64,000 nt of DNA from NCBI GenBank assembly GCA_012295275.1, contig CM022675.1, positions 11,346,001 through 11,410,000 on the forward strand. Direction: 5' to 3'. A program made the translations under genes and the position numbers. The stretch comes from Chrysomallon squamiferum. Its lineage: Eukaryota; Animalia; Mollusca. This document shows, in pieces, positions 1 through 14,275 of the stretch (its first letter is position 1; the number at the start of each line of letters is the position of its first letter). The notes beneath the pieces were generated by a model. That model was not told where the DNA came from. It did no database searches and worked only from the letters and a program-made list of their open reading frames with translations.

Positions 1-166
1 TTTTTTTTTTTTTTTTTTTTTTGCTTTATTTTTAATCTCATGCAGAATCGATTATTACATTTATCAGAATTATGTGCTTCGCAATTTTATTTATTTATTC
101 ATTCATTCACTCACTCACTCATTTTTTTTTTTTTTTTTTTGTTTATAATTTTTTCTTCCTATTTAA

Positions 167-212
<46 letters not shown>

Positions 213-596
213 TCACTTTTAGTTGCTAATACACTTTCATGCACATTTTTAACTCACTAATTCATTGGTTCCTGTACAAAATACTGTCGACACATTATCT
301 TTCTCGCAGTAGTAACACCAGTTATGATAACAGTAGTAATAGCAGTAGTAGCAGTAGTGGTAGTAGTAGTCGTTGTATTATTATTACTAGTTCTCAAAGA
401 CGTCATCAAAGGAGTAGAGGTAGTAACAGCAGTTGCTTTATTAGTAGTAATACAAATTCTATTAGTAATTGTAGTAGTTGTAATTTTGTGTTCGTAATAA
501 TAGTAGAAGCAATAATAATACTCTTATAATATACCTATAGCCATTAGGTCTAGTAGTAGTAGTGGGAATGATAAATAACTGAAATGAGAGGGATAG

Positions 597-696
<100 letters not shown>

Positions 697-1036
697 AGAG
701 AAACACAAAAAAGAGGGATAATTGTGAAACAATAAACTTATAAAATATTTTGTTCGTATGTATGTATGTATGTATGTATGTATGTATGTATGTATGTATG
801 TATGAATGTAGGTATGTACGTGTGTACGTATGTATGTATGTATTTATGTACCTATGTAGGTTGGTATGTAACTATATGTTTAACAAACAAATACAGATAA
901 TCAACAAAACCGTATACAACAACACATTTATATTTATTTTACATTCTTATCATTCACATTTCAGTAAATCAGTGATATAAAATGAGACGCTATGACACAT
1001 GAAAATAATAATAATAAAGAAATTTCAGTTGTATTC

Positions 1037-1039
<3 letters not shown>

Positions 1040-1130
<91 letters not shown>
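1040..1130. repeat. (CT)n microsatellite
   Basis: Direct reading. Confidence 0.95.
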
Positions 1131-1135
<5 letters not shown>

Positions 1136-2266
1136 ACTCTCTTTCTTTATCTGTCTCTCTGTCTGTCTGATTCTGTCTCTCTTACTCTCTCCACGAAACA
1201 AAACATAACAAAATACAGTAGACCATAATTTAGAAAAAGAAAGAACAAACCCGCTTACAGTCAAAACATATGCAGGAAACAATTCATAAAAAATAGAAAT
1301 ATTATATTCTTGTCAATGCACACTAATATGAAAAAGAATAGAGAGTGTGCTATATAATACTATTGCTACATACAATAAAAAATAATAAAATAAAAAAATA
1401 GTAATAAACAATAACATCCGAAATTATTTATAACAGAACTGAGTTTCAAAAAAGAAACGAAAAGAAAACCCCTATTTTTATGAACATTATTATTATTATT
1501 ACTATTATTATTATTATTATTATTATAGTATTTATTTGAAATTTACATTTTACATTATATTCCTTATTATTCCTTCATTATATACCAATATGAATTTAAC
1601 ACATTTATATGCATAACAGCTTTTTTTTACATTTCTCATTTATATCGTGTTTTTTTATCTGTTTCTTTATTCATAATTGTTTCTGTTTTACTGTTGACAT
1701 TATTTATTTATTTAATTTAGTTAGTTATTTAATTTTTGTTATTTATTTATTTTGTTTTACTTATATTTTTACTTGTTTATTTATCTTCTACATTTTTTAA
1801 ATCATTTTTTAATTATTTATCCCCATTTTTACACAACTATTTTTCTTACTAGTTGTTATTATGTTTTTAGATATTTATTTTTTCATCCATCTAATTATCT
1901 GCTATATTTAAATTTTATTATTGTATTTGTTGTTTTTACTAACAAACTCAATCAAAAGCATAGTGTGATTTCAAAGTACTTCTCTATACAAAACAAATTC
2001 AGTAGAAGTATTTTGACTGTTATAAAGTCTAAAGCAGAGTGACATATGAATGAAAAATAATTTTAGTTTCATGAATGGAAAATTCTTGTGTCTACATTTT
2101 AACATAGCACTTAATATCCTAGCACTGGGGTGAACTTTTTGAATTTAAAATATGGGGAAATTTCTTTAATATAATAGCAAAAAGAAAGGATGAAAACAAA
2201 CCTAAAATTTAAAACAATAGTACCCTATAATAAAAAATATTCAAACAGAATAAACTTTCTTATGTA

Positions 2267-2323
<57 letters not shown>

Positions 2324-3221
2324 TCTGACGGTGTAACATTATCATTAATTCTGGATATTTTATTTGATCTATTACTCAGTTTACCGTTATCTTGATATCA
2401 ATAAAAGATTAACGGGTATATAAATATACTAATAATAATAATTAATTTTGATCAAGTCACAGAAACCGGGTTGTTGTAATCACTTCAGAAACACAAATAA
2501 CAAATTATCTGCAATATTATTATGAATACTGTTGAAAATATGTCACAGTTAGGCAAGTTTATAAAAAAAAAAAAATGTATAATATATATTTATTTATTTA
2601 TTTATTTATTTATCTATTTGGTTATTTGCTTATTACATTTTGAATTCTTGTCCATACCATAAAAGGACATGTAAAAAGGAAATGATACTAATTTGAAAAA
2701 AAAATATGCCTAACGCTGACAAATTGATAACAACTGTGAACACATACCTATATATCAGAATTCATACATATATATAATACATGTATATATATGCATATAT
2801 ATATATATATATCAGAATTCTGAATTAAGAAATTTATAGAAAACTTGCAAAACAGATTTATAAAATAATAATATTTACTTCCTCGTTTTATTTCTTATGT
2901 CAATAACTTAATGAACACTATTCAGTTAAACATAATATTGGAAATTTAAAAAAAAAAAATTTAAAAATTTAAAAAAATTAAAATTAACAACATGAGTTGT
3001 TGTACACACCTTCTCTCAAAAAAAACCACAATTAGTATAGTAAGAAAAAAAAAATAAAATAAAATAAAAAATAAATAAATAAAATAAAATAAAATAAAAC
3101 AACAATGAAAACAAATCATTTTAGGATTAGTCCAGAAATTATCACAAGCAAGGGAAATGAAAATACATTTTTTTTTTTGCTAGGGGGGGTGGGGTTGTGG
3201 GCGTGTCTACAATGCTGATTG

Positions 3222-3279
<58 letters not shown>

Positions 3280-3810
3280 AGAGGTGGTGGGGCTGTTATG
3301 GGTATTCTTGAAACCTGTATTTTTCAAACAAAAATGGGGTGGTTCTGTCGAGTCAAGAACAGGAAAACCACACCCTTAACCCCTCCTTATGATAATTCCT
3401 GGATCATCACTTAACGGTTACATTCACGCACAAACACGCACAACTGTAACCAATCTGGAATTTTTTTTTTTTTTTTTTTTTTTTTACAAACTGACACATG
3501 AAATAAAACACAATGGTTACAACCAAAGCGTAACCATAATAACGATGAGGTTACAATGGGGATACAATAATAATGCTTTCCAGGTTCGAGTTAACATTTG
3601 GCTGTTATTGAAAACAATGTGCAGGAATTTCTCTTTGAAATATACATTTCATTTCATTTTGTCTGCTGCCCACTACTTTACGTAATGTAGGTTAAAAAGA
3701 GAATAAATTAAAATATTTCTTCTTATCAGGTAAACTAATTTATTAAAATAGACAAAAAAAAAAAAAAAAAAAAAAAAAAGTAATTTTCAAATATTGTATA
3801 ATATTCTGTA

Positions 3811-3876
<66 letters not shown>

Positions 3877-4071
3877 GCATATAAAATAATTATAAAATTA
3901 AATAAAATTAAAGTAAATAGATAATAAAAAATAATTTTAAACTGAGTCAAGGTACTGAAATATTTCTACGAATTTAAAATTTCACTTAGCTGATGCAATA
4001 ATAATGTTGATGATGACGATGAAGATGATGATGATGATGATGATAATAATAATAATAATAATAAGAAGAAC

Positions 4072-4129
<58 letters not shown>

Positions 4130-4320
4130 CAATAATTATAATAATAATCTATAATGAGAAAAATAAAGACAGCATTGTTTTTTTTATTAATTAGCGTTAA
4201 AGACCTTTAGGTTTATTTATTAATTAATTAATTTATTTATTTATCAACAACAGACTATCAAAAACATTCTAATACAAATCCACTCTAACAAAGTTGCTGG
4301 CGCTCAACTACGACGCCAAT

Positions 4321-4520
4321 GTGAACATGACATCGGCCTCGTGCTATTATGACGTCAGTCTTGTGAGAATATGACGTCATCCGGTATATAAGAATATGAC
4401 TTCGACTTTCTTTGAATTATGACGTCGAACATTTATGAACATGACATCAATATTTTACGTGATCACTGACGTCACACTTACATGAACATGACGTCACACT
4501 TACATGAACATGACGTCATG
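4321..4520. repeat. Degenerate 22-25 bp tandem array with TGACGTCA (CRE) core
   Basis: Cores start at 4328 (TGACATCG), 4350 and 4372 (TGACGTCA), 4397 (TGACTTCG), 4420 (TGACGTCG), 4442 (TGACATCA), and 4467, 4489, 4511 (TGACGTCA). Most are preceded by GAAYA-like bases. Confidence 0.85.
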
Positions 4521-4951
4521 GAGTAATGAGATTTACAAAGTGTATTTTGTTCAATTTTTTTTTGTTTTGTTTTGTGGTTTGTTTTTTTCACTAACAACAT
4601 ACAACAAACACCGAAGCTGATGCATTCGATCCGAACAAGTAACAGCTACCTTGACGTCCTCGGGGTCCGTAATCCACGAAACGACGAAGTTACGAGGATG
4701 TTCCGCATTCCGAGTCAGTGACGTCGTTCAACGCGGAAGTTGCGTCACACTATGGCGGAACATAATGAGAGAAAAATGTACGAGAAGTCGAATCCTCTGC
4801 TGTTTCAGTGATTTAGGTGTTTTTTTTTTTCACCAATGTACTAATGTTTAATAATTCACTTCCTTTTGTTTGTTTGTTTGTTTGTTTGTTTTTTCACTTG
4901 TTCTGTTTCCACAACTAAAACTGATTGAGGATTCAACTCACTTTAATAACA

Positions 4952-4983
<32 letters not shown>

Positions 4984-5175
4984 TACTTTTTAAAAGTCAT
5001 TTTCCTTTTTTTTTTTTTTTTTTTTTAGTGTCTTCTGTTTCAACTTTTCTTTCTTATTTTATTATTATTATTTTTTTTTTTACACTTTCATTAAAAATGA
5101 AACTACCTGTTGTGACGTCACACCTGTATATTGTGTTCCGCTTGCGAGTGTGGCTCTATTTTCGTAACGGTGTCT

Positions 5176-5390
5176 TCATCTCTGCCTAGATTTCACTCGC
5201 TCGTTTAATTTCTTTCTTTTCATTCGTCGATTTTGAAACCATACTTTCACCTGTCTTTCAGTCAATTGCAGTTTACACGAAATTTCCCATCGTTTCTGTC
5301 TTGTAATGTAGGAGCTATTAAGAAACTCGTTTTCCAACACCATCGTTTGATACCGCGTGTATGGTTTTCTTTTCTTGCGTCCTTTGGTCT
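5176..5390 (-). CDS. Post2: Post2 posterior Hox gene, homeobox-containing last coding exon
   Basis: Manual minus-strand translation gives (E)[70 protein letters not shown]. The [19 protein letters not shown] / [14 protein letters not shown] / [14 protein letters not shown] signature is diagnostic of lophotrochozoan Post2. The exon is preceded by a branch-like CTGAC (+ strand 5433-5437), a T-rich tract and an AG acceptor (5392-5391). The stop TGA is at 5178-5176. Confidence 0.96.
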
Positions 5391-5745
5391 CTGTTTAAAA
5401 AAAAAAAATAATAATAATAATAATAATAATAAGTCAGTGTTAAAATGATTATGTTCCATGCTAGAAATAACTGTGTTTAAAAACATCTTATGTCCTGAAT
5501 GAAAAAAGAAAAAAAGAAAAAAAGATTAACTAATTAAAACAAAGAGAGAGAATAAATAAACAAATAAATAAAATAAACGTGAATGAAAATTAGAACACTT
5601 CTTTCAATCAATATTAGTTTCTTCTTCAGTTTTATTTTCAATTTCTGAAAAGAAGTACAAGGTTCGGATGTGTATGTTGTTTTCTTCATTCTGTCTTTTT
5701 TACTTTCTGTTCCTCTTTCCTATAAAATCTTCTTCGATAATGTTA

Positions 5746-5864
<119 letters not shown>

Positions 5865-6052
5865 TCTTGCACGTTCATCAAACTTGCAGTCCATCCATGA
5901 CTCATTCATTCCTCATGTACTTTCATTCTTTTTTTTTTTTTTTAAACTTTTCGTTCTTGTCCCATAAGTACTACAAAAAAGTGCACAAACGTCACATGCA
6001 AGTACATGCTACCTATAATTAAATATACTTTAAAAAAAAAAAAATAATAATA

Positions 6053-6087
<35 letters not shown>

Positions 6088-6859
6088 TTAACGCGTGAGA
6101 AAAGTTATGTTTCCGCTCCTTAGGCAATTGCTTTCTCTCATGAAGATTCAGTCATAACTTTCTTCTTTTTTTTTTCTTTTGATATCGGTGAACGGCGAAG
6201 CACAACATGGAACTAAAATCGACAGCAATCAAAGAGGAGAGCCCCAGGCTTCCTGATCCCACAGTAACAAATCGCACCTTTGCCGAGAGGTTTGTCAACC
6301 AGGTACATCCCGGCTAATCGACAAGCGGCCATTACTCTACCCCATTTCCGCTGCACTTCGGTCGTATTCGGAAATTTTATTTAATATTAATTTTTTTTTT
6401 TTTTTTTTTTTAAATTTTAAAATTTTTTTTTATTGAGATTTAAAGTTTAAAGTTAAAAAAAAAAAAAAAATGTGCTTAACATATACACAGCAAGTACTTT
6501 TCTTTTCTTTATTTTTTATTTTTCATGCTTTAACGAACGTTCACACATATGTATACACATATGCAGGCATGCATGTATACCACAAATAAATATAAAATAA
6601 ATAAATAAATAAATAAATGAATAAATAAATAAATAAATGATAAAAAAGTAATAAAGATTATATAATAACGATAAAATTGTTTAAATTGTTTGAATAGCAG
6701 TTTGCAAGTATTTTTATAACAGAAATGTGTCTTGATAAATTATGATAAATATAAAGTAAATATATTTAATAATACAATCATAAGTATTTATTTGCTAAGT
6801 TAGTTAGTTTGTTAACTGACATTTATACATTAAACATTATTATTATTATTATTATTATT

Positions 6860-6906
<47 letters not shown>

Positions 6907-7792
6907 TATCACTATCGTTGTTATTATTGCTGTTATTTATGTTTTTGTAATCATTTTACTGATGTGGCTGTAAGTTCTTGTTATCATCATCATCATCATC
7001 ATCAACATCAACATCATCATTATCATTCAAAACTCCAACTGGGATCACCTGACTTCGTCAATCTGTCTCACGTAGATTTTTTTTTTTTTTTTTCATGCGG
7101 TCGTCAATATATCATTTTTATATATGCATTACTTACCTAAAATTAAATCTACGTATAGCAGTCTGAATCAGGGATTATCCTGAAAGGTGCTAAATGTCAC
7201 TCGTAAACTCACTGTGTAGTTATTTAGCATTAACTGTCAGAAAAGAGAGTTATAATATTTACATGGGTGCAATAAAGTTGACATTTAAGCTGCTAAATTT
7301 TCGGTTATTGTCTATCGTAGCGCTTGTATATTCGTGCTTGGCTTCAGTCGTGTGTTTTAGGCAGTTAAAGTCAATGTAGAAATGGTATAAACAGAATCAA
7401 TAATTTTTTTTTTAAATTTTGAGCAGTGCCGGTGAAAAGTGAAAAAGAGAAAAAGAAAAAGAAAAAGAAATGGCTTATTTTTGTGGGTTCATACATGCGT
7501 GTGACAAGATATACGAACAAATTGGCTTAAATTCGTAGATATATGCATATATCATATATATACATAATACATACATACATGCATACATAGTTTCAGATAT
7601 ATATATATATTAACATATACAGACGGGCTTTGATTTTATTTTATTTTATTTTATTTATTTTTTTTATTTACTTCCTTATTGTTTTAATTATCTTCACAAT
7701 TTATTTATAACTGTATATATCTTTTTCTTTTTCTTTCTTTCTTTATTTCTTTCTTTGTTTTCATTTTTCTTTTCTTGTTTTGTTGTATTTTT

Positions 7793-7825
<33 letters not shown>

Positions 7826-8090
7826 CCCGTTAGAACTGTTTTAGAAAGCTTGACTGAAAAGGAAACAGCTTTTGCTTCTTTCATTTCTTAGTCCTATTTT
7901 TAAACACGCAAAAAAAAAAAAAAAAAAAAAAAAGGAGAATTCAACCGCTGGCTTTCTGTCGCTGTGTGTGGGAAAAACGAGTTGAGTGCGTACTGCATTT
8001 AGGGAGGAATTACAGCGGCAAAAAAGAAAAGACCTAATATATCACACAACGAGATGATCGCGAGAACTTGCGCGAGTTGGTTTATCGGCC

Positions 8091-8157
<67 letters not shown>

Positions 8158-8329
8158 GTGAAGCCCAACCTGGATGAAACGTTGAAAATCTGCGTCTTAG
8201 TAAATTGAAATGGATGCGAGTGGAACTTCAGCGTTAGCATTTGATACCCTTGATAGTTCACTTTGCCACGTAGGAGGTGATTGGTTCTGGACATGCCACT
8301 TTATTTATGCTCGTTATTTATTCCTGTGG

Positions 8330-8362
<33 letters not shown>

Positions 8363-8609
8363 AAAAATCTTCCATGAATGTAAATTTCACGAGAAATGTG
8401 CGTGCAAAGATAAGCTGATTTATTATGCGTATATCTGTTACTTACTGCAGAAAATGAATTAAAATGTACGATAAGAGAATTAGAAACAAAACCTGAGACG
8501 AATACATCTGGGACGTTGTGCATGACGGTGTAATGGGGTTTTTTTCTAACACGTGTTAGGTTTCAAGAAAATTATCACATTCAAATTTACGATCTATCGT
8601 CCGTTCCAA

Positions 8610-8640
<31 letters not shown>

Positions 8641-8728
8641 ATCAGTCATTAACAGTAATAGCAGCAGTAGCAGTAGTAAACAGTAACAGCAGTAGTAGCA
8701 GTAGTAAACAGTACTAGTCGTAGTCATT

Positions 8729-8777
<49 letters not shown>

Positions 8778-9651
8778 TAGTAGTACTAGTAGTAGTAAAA
8801 TGATGATGATGATTATTGTAGAAATAAAGAAAAATAATTAAGAGATAAAAATAAATTATTATAAAAGGAATGTGTGTATGTATGTGTGTATGTATGCATG
8901 TATGACTGTGTGGGGGGGGTAAGTTTGTATGTATGTATGTATGTATGTGTGTATGTATGTATATATATGTACGCCTATATGTATATATCTGTGTGTGGAT
9001 AAATAGAAATAAGCGTGTATCTATGGTTGGTCTGTTTGTTTGTTTGTTTGTATACGTGGGTGCTCGCAGTATATATATATTTATTTTCTTTCCCCCCCCC
9101 ACCACCACCACCACCATAAAACGTGTGTGTGTGTGTGTGTGTATCGGTTATCTCGAAACACTCTGCAATAATCAAGGTGTATCTCTCCGAGCGGCCGCTT
9201 TGATCTTCCAGGTGAAAGAATGTCATTTACAAATAATATTTCCCTACACAATCTAATGGCCCTGGGATGGGTGATTTCACACCGCTTCCCGACTCGACTC
9301 GCCAACTTTTTATTACCCGAAAGCTATTGATAGCAGCCTCTTGCGCTAACGACAAACGAATTTACACGAGCGACTCTTGTTCGGGCTGTTCCGTTTGCTT
9401 TTGACGTGAGAAAACGCTGAAAGGAAATTTTTAGCCAGCCCGGGGACAGACTGTTCACATAAGAACTGTTTTCGTATTGCGATCGATAAACACGATTTGA
9501 AGTAGACTGTTAGTCAATATACGTATTAGAGGGCCGGCGTTTTTGAAAAGCCGTATTATGCGTAATCCAACGAGGCGTGACGTAATCTATTTCGAAACAT
9601 TCTTTTAATTAGAAAATGAGTCTTTTGGGGATTAGTTTTTTTTTATGTTTT

Positions 9652-9716
<65 letters not shown>

Positions 9717-9787
9717 ATATAAAACTAATTTGTATGTTATTAAATATAGATAGGACACAAGTAATTAAGTTTTCGTTAATCTGTTAT

Positions 9788-9818
<31 letters not shown>

Positions 9819-10689
9819 GTTTTTACATTTGAATTTTTAATCGGACTAACAAAAGTGGTAATCCGTTAAAATTTTAATGCGCTAAATTTATGCAGTCTCT
9901 TGTAATACTAGTAGCAGAATTTTTTTTCCTGTTGTTGTTTTATCTTCTTGTTCATTGTCTGTTCTCGTTATTATTATTGACGTAGTAACGTTTGAACTAA
10001 GAATAACAGAGCTGCAGTAGCTGATGTACCAGCACTAACAACATCAGCAGTAACAGTAGTAGTAGTAGTAGTGATAATAATAATAGTAGTAGTAGCTGCA
10101 GTAGTAATAGTAGTTGTAGTAGTAATTGTTGTAGTGTATGTAATAGCACCAGCAAAATCAGCAGTAATAGTAGTAGTAGTAGGTAGTAGTAGTAGTAGTT
10201 GTAGTAGTAGTTGTAGTAATAGTAGCAGTTGTAGCAGTAGTTGTTGTGGAAATGTAGCAGTAGTTGTAGTAGTAGTAGTAGTAGGAATAATACTTGGAGT
10301 TATAGTTGTGATAACAATTATACTAATAACATGAAGTAAAACATAGTTGCAGTCAATAATATTATCAACAACAAGAACTGTTGCTGTAGTAGTGGTAGTA
10401 GCAGTGGTAACAGTAGTAGCAGCAACAGCTACAGCAACAGTGTCATGCCATACTAACAGTTACACACAGAAGGCAAAAAAAAACCCATGTAGTTGCCGCG
10501 GATGCATTTAAACTAATAAATACTAAATTTTTCTCTTTCCACTGTTTCTCCTATTGTCTTTCTTGCATGCAACCCCGATCACGTACGTGTCTGTCTGTCT
10601 GTCTATCTGTCTGTCTGTCCGTATGTCTGCATGACTGTGCACCTGTCTCTGTCTCCTCAGAATAAAAAAAAAAAAAAAACAGTTCTGTC

Positions 10690-11140
10690 TTTTCCACTCG
10701 CTGTCCCGTGACCAAGAAAGCACACGATTAAAACGAAATGCAACGCGATTCATTTCGAAACACGGTGTTAAGTCGAACAAAACGACATTCCTTCCGCTGA
10801 GCTATACGGCCCAAACCGTTTTCTCCTGTGACAACGAATATCATCAATAGGCCGTAGATTTGATAAAGAACGGGCCATCAATTCCAGATGAAATCATTCG
10901 CCCAATGTTCGCGTCCGCATGACTGCCGTTTAATTTTCCTACAATAATCTATCAAAGACGGAGAGCCACGACTGCTTAAAACGTATACTTCGATTCATTG
11001 CGCGCGCGCTTTTGATCTCGCGCGCAGCCTGAACGCCAATATGGGAAACCAATGAGATTGCACGCGGTGGTTCGATCACGTGACAAAAGGAAACGCAAAA
11101 GCGATTTCTTCATCACGGTTATTAACGCGATTTGTAGACG
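10690..11140. promoter_or_regulatory. Intronic CpG-rich island with CCAAT boxes and E-box
   Basis: GCGCGCGCGC (11000-11009), CCAAT at 11036-11040 and 11049-11053, and CACGTG at 11077-11082, within complex sequence flanked by microsatellites. Confidence 0.4.
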
Positions 11141-11462
11141 TGATAAGAAAAAAAAAAATTAAAAAAAAAAAAGAAAAAAATTCTCAGTGGTAGAAAACAG
11201 AGACAGGCCAAGGTTGCGTTCTGGGGAAACACTTATAATTAATTCATTCATTGATACACTGGATGAATGATTATTGTTATCATCACTGCTATCATTATCA
11301 TCTTCATCATCATAATCATCAGCAGCAGCAGCATCATCATCATCATCTCAGTCATCGTCACGAATATATAAATGCAGAGAGAAGGGTTTATTTTTATTCA
11401 TATACATTCTTATATATATATAAAGTTTACATAAAAACACACACACACATATACCCACCAAA

Positions 11463-11494
<32 letters not shown>

Positions 11495-11742
11495 ATGCAC
11501 ATATACACACTGACATGCACACCTTCATGTAAATTATATTTATTTTGTATACCTTGTCAAATCATTTGGAAAGCAAATTAATTCATTTCTCTGCGTGTAG
11601 CCGTGAATTTGTAAACATATTTATTATTATTAGCACATTTTTACAAAACATTACCAGTTAAAATAACTCGTATTAACATGAAAGAAAAAAAAAAAAAAAA
11701 AAAAAAATAAAAAAAAAAAAGAAAGAAAGAAAATAATCGATA

Positions 11743-11786
<44 letters not shown>

Positions 11787-12040
11787 GACGATAAAGAGGA
11801 CGGATACACATCAAAACAGACATTTTCAGTTGACTGGGGTGAAATTTTCTTTGTATATTTCAATGCCAATCAAATATTTCTAATAACTGGCCAATTTCCA
11901 TAATTATATTTAGCGGGAGGTGCCCCAGTTCAGTGGGAGGGGCAACAGTTCATTGCAGGAAGCATAGATAAAAGGATTAATGAATGAGTAATTAGGTTTG
12001 ATTGGCATCTCTCCAATATGAGATGCCAAACAAGTAGTCT

Positions 12041-12076
<36 letters not shown>

Positions 12077-12136
12077 CTTTTTTCTTTCTTTCTTTCTTTT
12101 TTTTTCTTTATTTTATTTTATTTTATTTTATTTATT

Positions 12137-12257
<121 letters not shown>

Positions 12258-12713
12258 TCCTCTCTCTTTTTTTTTTTAATCCTTTTATATTATTACGTTT
12301 TTTTCAAGAATTAATTTTTTACTGTTGTTTACTGTTATTATTATTGTTTTTTCATTGCATTAATAATTCATTATAATGAGCATCGTTAGTGCGCTCAATG
12401 TGACAATTATGTAAATTAACAGCGCGTCCAACATCGCATGAATATTAATTATTATTTTCATCATCATCATTATCACAGTCAACATTACGACGTCTACCAC
12501 CACCACAATTATTATTATTATAATTATCATTCACAACTTTCGAATCAGTGAAAATGGACATCTGTCGATATAAAAATTGAGACTAAAAGTTATAAATATG
12601 AATACTTCTTTAAAGAAATATGTAAACACACATACACACATACGTACATACATACGTTATAAATTAACAGTAGTGTTAAAGGTATATTCTTAAAGCATAT
12701 ATACTTTCTTCCA

Positions 12714-12785
<72 letters not shown>

Positions 12786-12827
12786 TATATGAATGAATCA
12801 ATAGATGAAAGTGTATATGCTTTAAGA

Positions 12828-12858
<31 letters not shown>

Positions 12859-13364
12859 TGAATGAATAGATGAAAGTATTCATGTATGTATGTATATATG
12901 TATGTATGTGTAGAGAAATGTTGATATATAGATTCGTAGACACAGCGAAAGAATTCGGATACACACAGATACATACTGTAAACAATACAACAAAGTATAT
13001 TTATAGTGTAGCTATTCGTGTTCGCTTTTAATGTGAAGTAAAGACGAATAACTTTACAGCGGCCTCTAAGCCATAAAAATGTCCACCTATCAAAAATTCG
13101 GATAATTTATATTCTATCGTAATTATTATCGCGAGAAAGCGTTTTGATTGCTTACCAGATTTACATTTCAATCGATCCACTTTGTTACCAGTGAAACCCG
13201 CAGCACAATAATATTACAATTTTTATATGGACCGGTAGAAACTCTTGTAATAATTACAGATAGCGTGAGAAATGGGACAGTACATATTTAGATTCATAAA
13301 AATAATACAGAGGTAAATACTGGAAACAGAAACACACATATATATATATATATATATATAGAAA

Positions 13365-13410
13365 GAGAGAGAGAGAGAGAGAGGGAGGGAGAGAGGGGGA
13401 GGGAGGGAGG

Positions 13411-13498
<88 letters not shown>
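13365..13498. repeat. (GA)n/(GGGA)n polypurine tract
   Basis: Direct reading. Confidence 0.95.
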
Positions 13499-13501
<3 letters not shown>

Positions 13502-14194
13502 TACATTCTGGATTAGGTGTGTTTAATATTATGCAGATACAAAGAGGAAGATGGTGATTGTGTGTGTGTGGATGTGCGTGCGTGTGTGTGGGTGTGAAAT
13601 AAAGAAAACAGACAATTTAGAAAATCCTTGCTTTCCGAATCTATATTTAATAACAAAATGAACAGAATCAACAGCAAAAGTAGTAGCACCAACAGTAGCC
13701 GTAGTAGTAGTAATAGTGGTAGTAGTAGCAGTAGCAGCTGCAGCAGCTGTAGTAACAGTAGTTATCGTTGTTGTTGTAGCAGTAGTAGTAGTAGTAGTAA
13801 TAACTGTTACCAGTAGCAGTAATAGCATCAACAATAACTAATAACAGAAGAGAGCAGGGCCATGTGCGTTGCTATGAACACGATCAAAGAGCTCGCTGTA
13901 TTAATAAACTATGAAATCGCTTCTTCTCGTTTATTTCTCAGACGTTTTCGTTTCAAGAAAAACCGTCGAGGTAATTAAAATTTAACGGTTTGCTCTGCTA
14001 ATCTCCTTTTAATTGAGATACGTTTAACTTGGACCGTTCAAACACGCTCCTTGCTTCTTAACCAAATGTTGCCTTTGTTGCCAGTGTTCAGCTGAACTCT
14101 TCATTCTGCTGATTATAGACAAGTTGTCAAATTTTTAATTTTTATTTTTACACATCAAAGCCATAACTACTTAATTTCCATGACAGATGATTAA

Positions 14195-14275
14195 ATGTTA
14201 GTGTATATGTCATCTGCCTGCTTGATCCTGTAAACAAACATTGATGGATTGTGAGATTCTGGGTTCGAATCTTTT
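14195..14275 (+). mobile_element. Possible decayed tRNA-derived SINE head
   Basis: B-box-like GGGTTCGAATC at 14261-14271 with a weak A-box-like TAGTGTATATG about 60 nt upstream. No cloverleaf is visible. Confidence 0.2.

Noticed and set aside
4321-4520. CRISPR-like repeat/spacer appearance of the TGACGTCA array
   Set aside because: Eukaryotic context, 8-13 bp cores, ~10-15 bp spacers with two identical, and no cas genes.
5233-5486. Track ORFs 5233..5448 (+) and 5262..5486 (-)
   Set aside because: Antisense and wrong-frame shadows of the Post2 homeobox exon.
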